DNA of 64,000 nucleotides, from the NCBI GenBank assembly GCA_965223155.1, contig CBDCVR010000013.1, positions 160,001 through 224,000 on the forward strand. The letters run 5' to 3'. A model generated the notes under the pieces. It worked only from the letters and a program-made list of their open reading frames with translations, did no database searches and was not told the origin of the DNA. A program made the translations under genes and the position numbers. Positions 62,828 through 64,000 of the stretch are shown piece after piece (the first letter of the stretch is position 1; each line of letters starts with the position of its first letter). This DNA is from Candidatus Multivoradales bacterium (GTDB taxonomy: Bacteria > Acidobacteriota > Thermoanaerobaculia > Multivoradales > JAHEKO01).

Positions 62828-64000
62828 TCAGCCGTCCCAGCTCGCGGTTCCGAGAGTCTCGAGGTCCGCCCGCCGGCGGCGCAGATCGAAGACCAGCCGG
62901 TACGACGTCGCCGAGCGCAGCTCGACGGGTTTGGAGAAAGGGCCTAGAGGATCTCCGGTCGGCGGGCGCACGGTGATCGTGACTCGTCCCGGGGCCAGGA
63001 GCCGGCGCTCGGTGGGCGCTTGGCCCCAAGCGGTGCCGTCCACGTCGATGGTTGCGACGGCAGTGTCCGGGACCACGGCAACGACCACCGCGGCAGGGGG
63101 GCCGATGGGCGATTCCAGAGTTTCGGCGGCTCCGGGAGCGAGCCCGACCTGAACCGAGCGCCTGACGCTGTAGGTGGGTGTCTGGAGAGCGAAGGTCACC
63201 GTGTGTTCGCGAGCCGGTAGCTCGAAGACACGGCGCGTGTTGAGAGGCTGGAAGGGGCCGCCGTCGATCGACACGGTCATCCGTGGATCCCAACTCGGCC
63301 GAATGAGGAGGGTGGCGCTGCCACCAGTGGCCGGAACCGGAGCGCCGGCTGGGATCGTCTCAGCGCTGCCCGGGGCGGAGGTGGCGAGGGCTGGCGTGGC
63401 CGCCGACGGATCGGCGCCGGTCGCGCCTTCGCCTTCCGGCGGGAACTGCCGGTCCGCGGTTCGGGTTGCGGAGGGGGAGGGCTCGCCCGGCTCCGCCGTC
63501 GGGCTGTTCGAAGAAGCCGTCGGCTCGAAGGGAGCTGTCGAGGATGGATCGGGAACTTGGTCCTCTCGAATCGCGGGGTTCGCCCGATTTGCCTGACTTC
63601 GAAACTCGGCGCGACGGGCGTCGAGTCCGGTCTCGGACAAAGTGTCCAAAAGTGCACCAAGACGAGACTCCACGGTGGCCGTCAGGGTCCGTCCGGCCTC
63701 GGGCGGAAGGCGGCCGGCGACTCGATTGGGTAGCCACGCCGAAGGCCAGGCGCCAATCCATTGCCCCGCGGCGAGGTACCGAGCCCAGGGTCTGGTGGCT
63801 CTGATGCCTCTGATGGCTCCGATGCCTCCGCTGGCTCCGATACCCGCGACCGCCTCGCCGGCCCCGACCGACCCGTCAACGAGCCTGTTCCAGGCCTGCG
63901 GCGCGGGCCAAAGGGCGTATGCAGCAAGGAGTCCGAGGGCGAGAAGGGTGGCGAGACCGGGGAGAAGCCGGTGCCGCCACCAGAGTTGCCCGCCTTCGAG
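62828..64000 (-). CDS. 5'-partial membrane-anchored protein with Pro/Ala-rich linker and PEGA-like C-terminal domains (possibly the tail of a Ser/Thr kinase)
   Basis: The frame of ORF 62828..63673 has no stop up to 64000 and reads ...RLLPGLATLLALGLLAAYALWP... (TM helix), followed by a low-complexity linker and 'V.IDG...L..GEH.V' type domains. Confidence 0.6.
   Translation of the reverse strand, partial: LEGGQLWWRHRLLPGLATLLALGLLAAYALWPAPQAWNRLVDGSVGAGEAVAGIGASGGIGAIRGIRATRPWARYLAAGQWIGAWPSAWLPNRVAGRLPPEAGRTLTATVESRLGALLDTLSETGLDARRAEFRSQANRANPAIREDQVPDPSSTAPFEPTASSNSPTAEPGEPSPSATRTADRQFPPEGEGATGADPSAATPALATSAPGSAETIPAGAPVPATGGSATLLIRPSWDPRMTVSIDGGPFQPLNTRRVFELPAREHTVTFALQTPTYSVRRSVQVGLAPGAAETLESPIGPPAAVVVAVVPDTAVATIDVDGTAWGQAPTERRLLAPGRVTITVRPPTGDPLGPFSKPVELRSATSYRLVFDLRRRRADLETLGTASWDG

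Noticed and set aside
63797-63843. Degenerate 9-bp tandem repeat (ggctctgat/gcctctgat/ggctccgat)
   Set aside because: In-frame low-complexity linker (GIGASGGIGAIRGIRA) of the partial minus-strand gene, with no evidence of a separate function.

Overview
High-GC bacterial window; the gene order in the right half suggests Acidobacteriota (inference). It has two parts. (1) 1-~41200 is an accessory locus resembling a Sec-exported giant adhesin/RHS polymorphic toxin system. It contains a 5'-truncated giant surface protein (>3850 aa; prealbumin/Ig-like stalk plus four ~370-aa Gly/Cys-rich repeats), a small secreted beta-solenoid-like protein, and a 5832-aa signal-peptide-bearing protein (same solenoid domain, 16 Ig repeats, beta-propeller, DUF6531-like start, RHS/YD shell with two Ig-like domains inserted into the RHS core-associated domain, alpha/beta-hydrolase tip). 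Downstream lie a WD40-like lipoprotein (putative immunity), an orphan rhs-CT allele with a chimeric second immunity gene, a PD-(D/E)XK nuclease-like gene, a near-identical 3.2-kb truncated RHS core copy cut off by an integrase-core transposase element, and a decayed Sir2-like gene. (2) 41324-64000 is mostly housekeeping: tnaA, ZIP transporter, Kelch-FN3 protein, B12 radical SAM, yajQ, tandem FKBP, queG, rpsA, ihfB, lpxB, msbA, yicC, gmk, rpoZ, coaBC, family-4 UDG, two glycosyltransferases and a partial PEGA-like membrane protein. No tRNA, rRNA or CRISPR array was recognised. All domain calls come from motif recognition by eye, not database searches.
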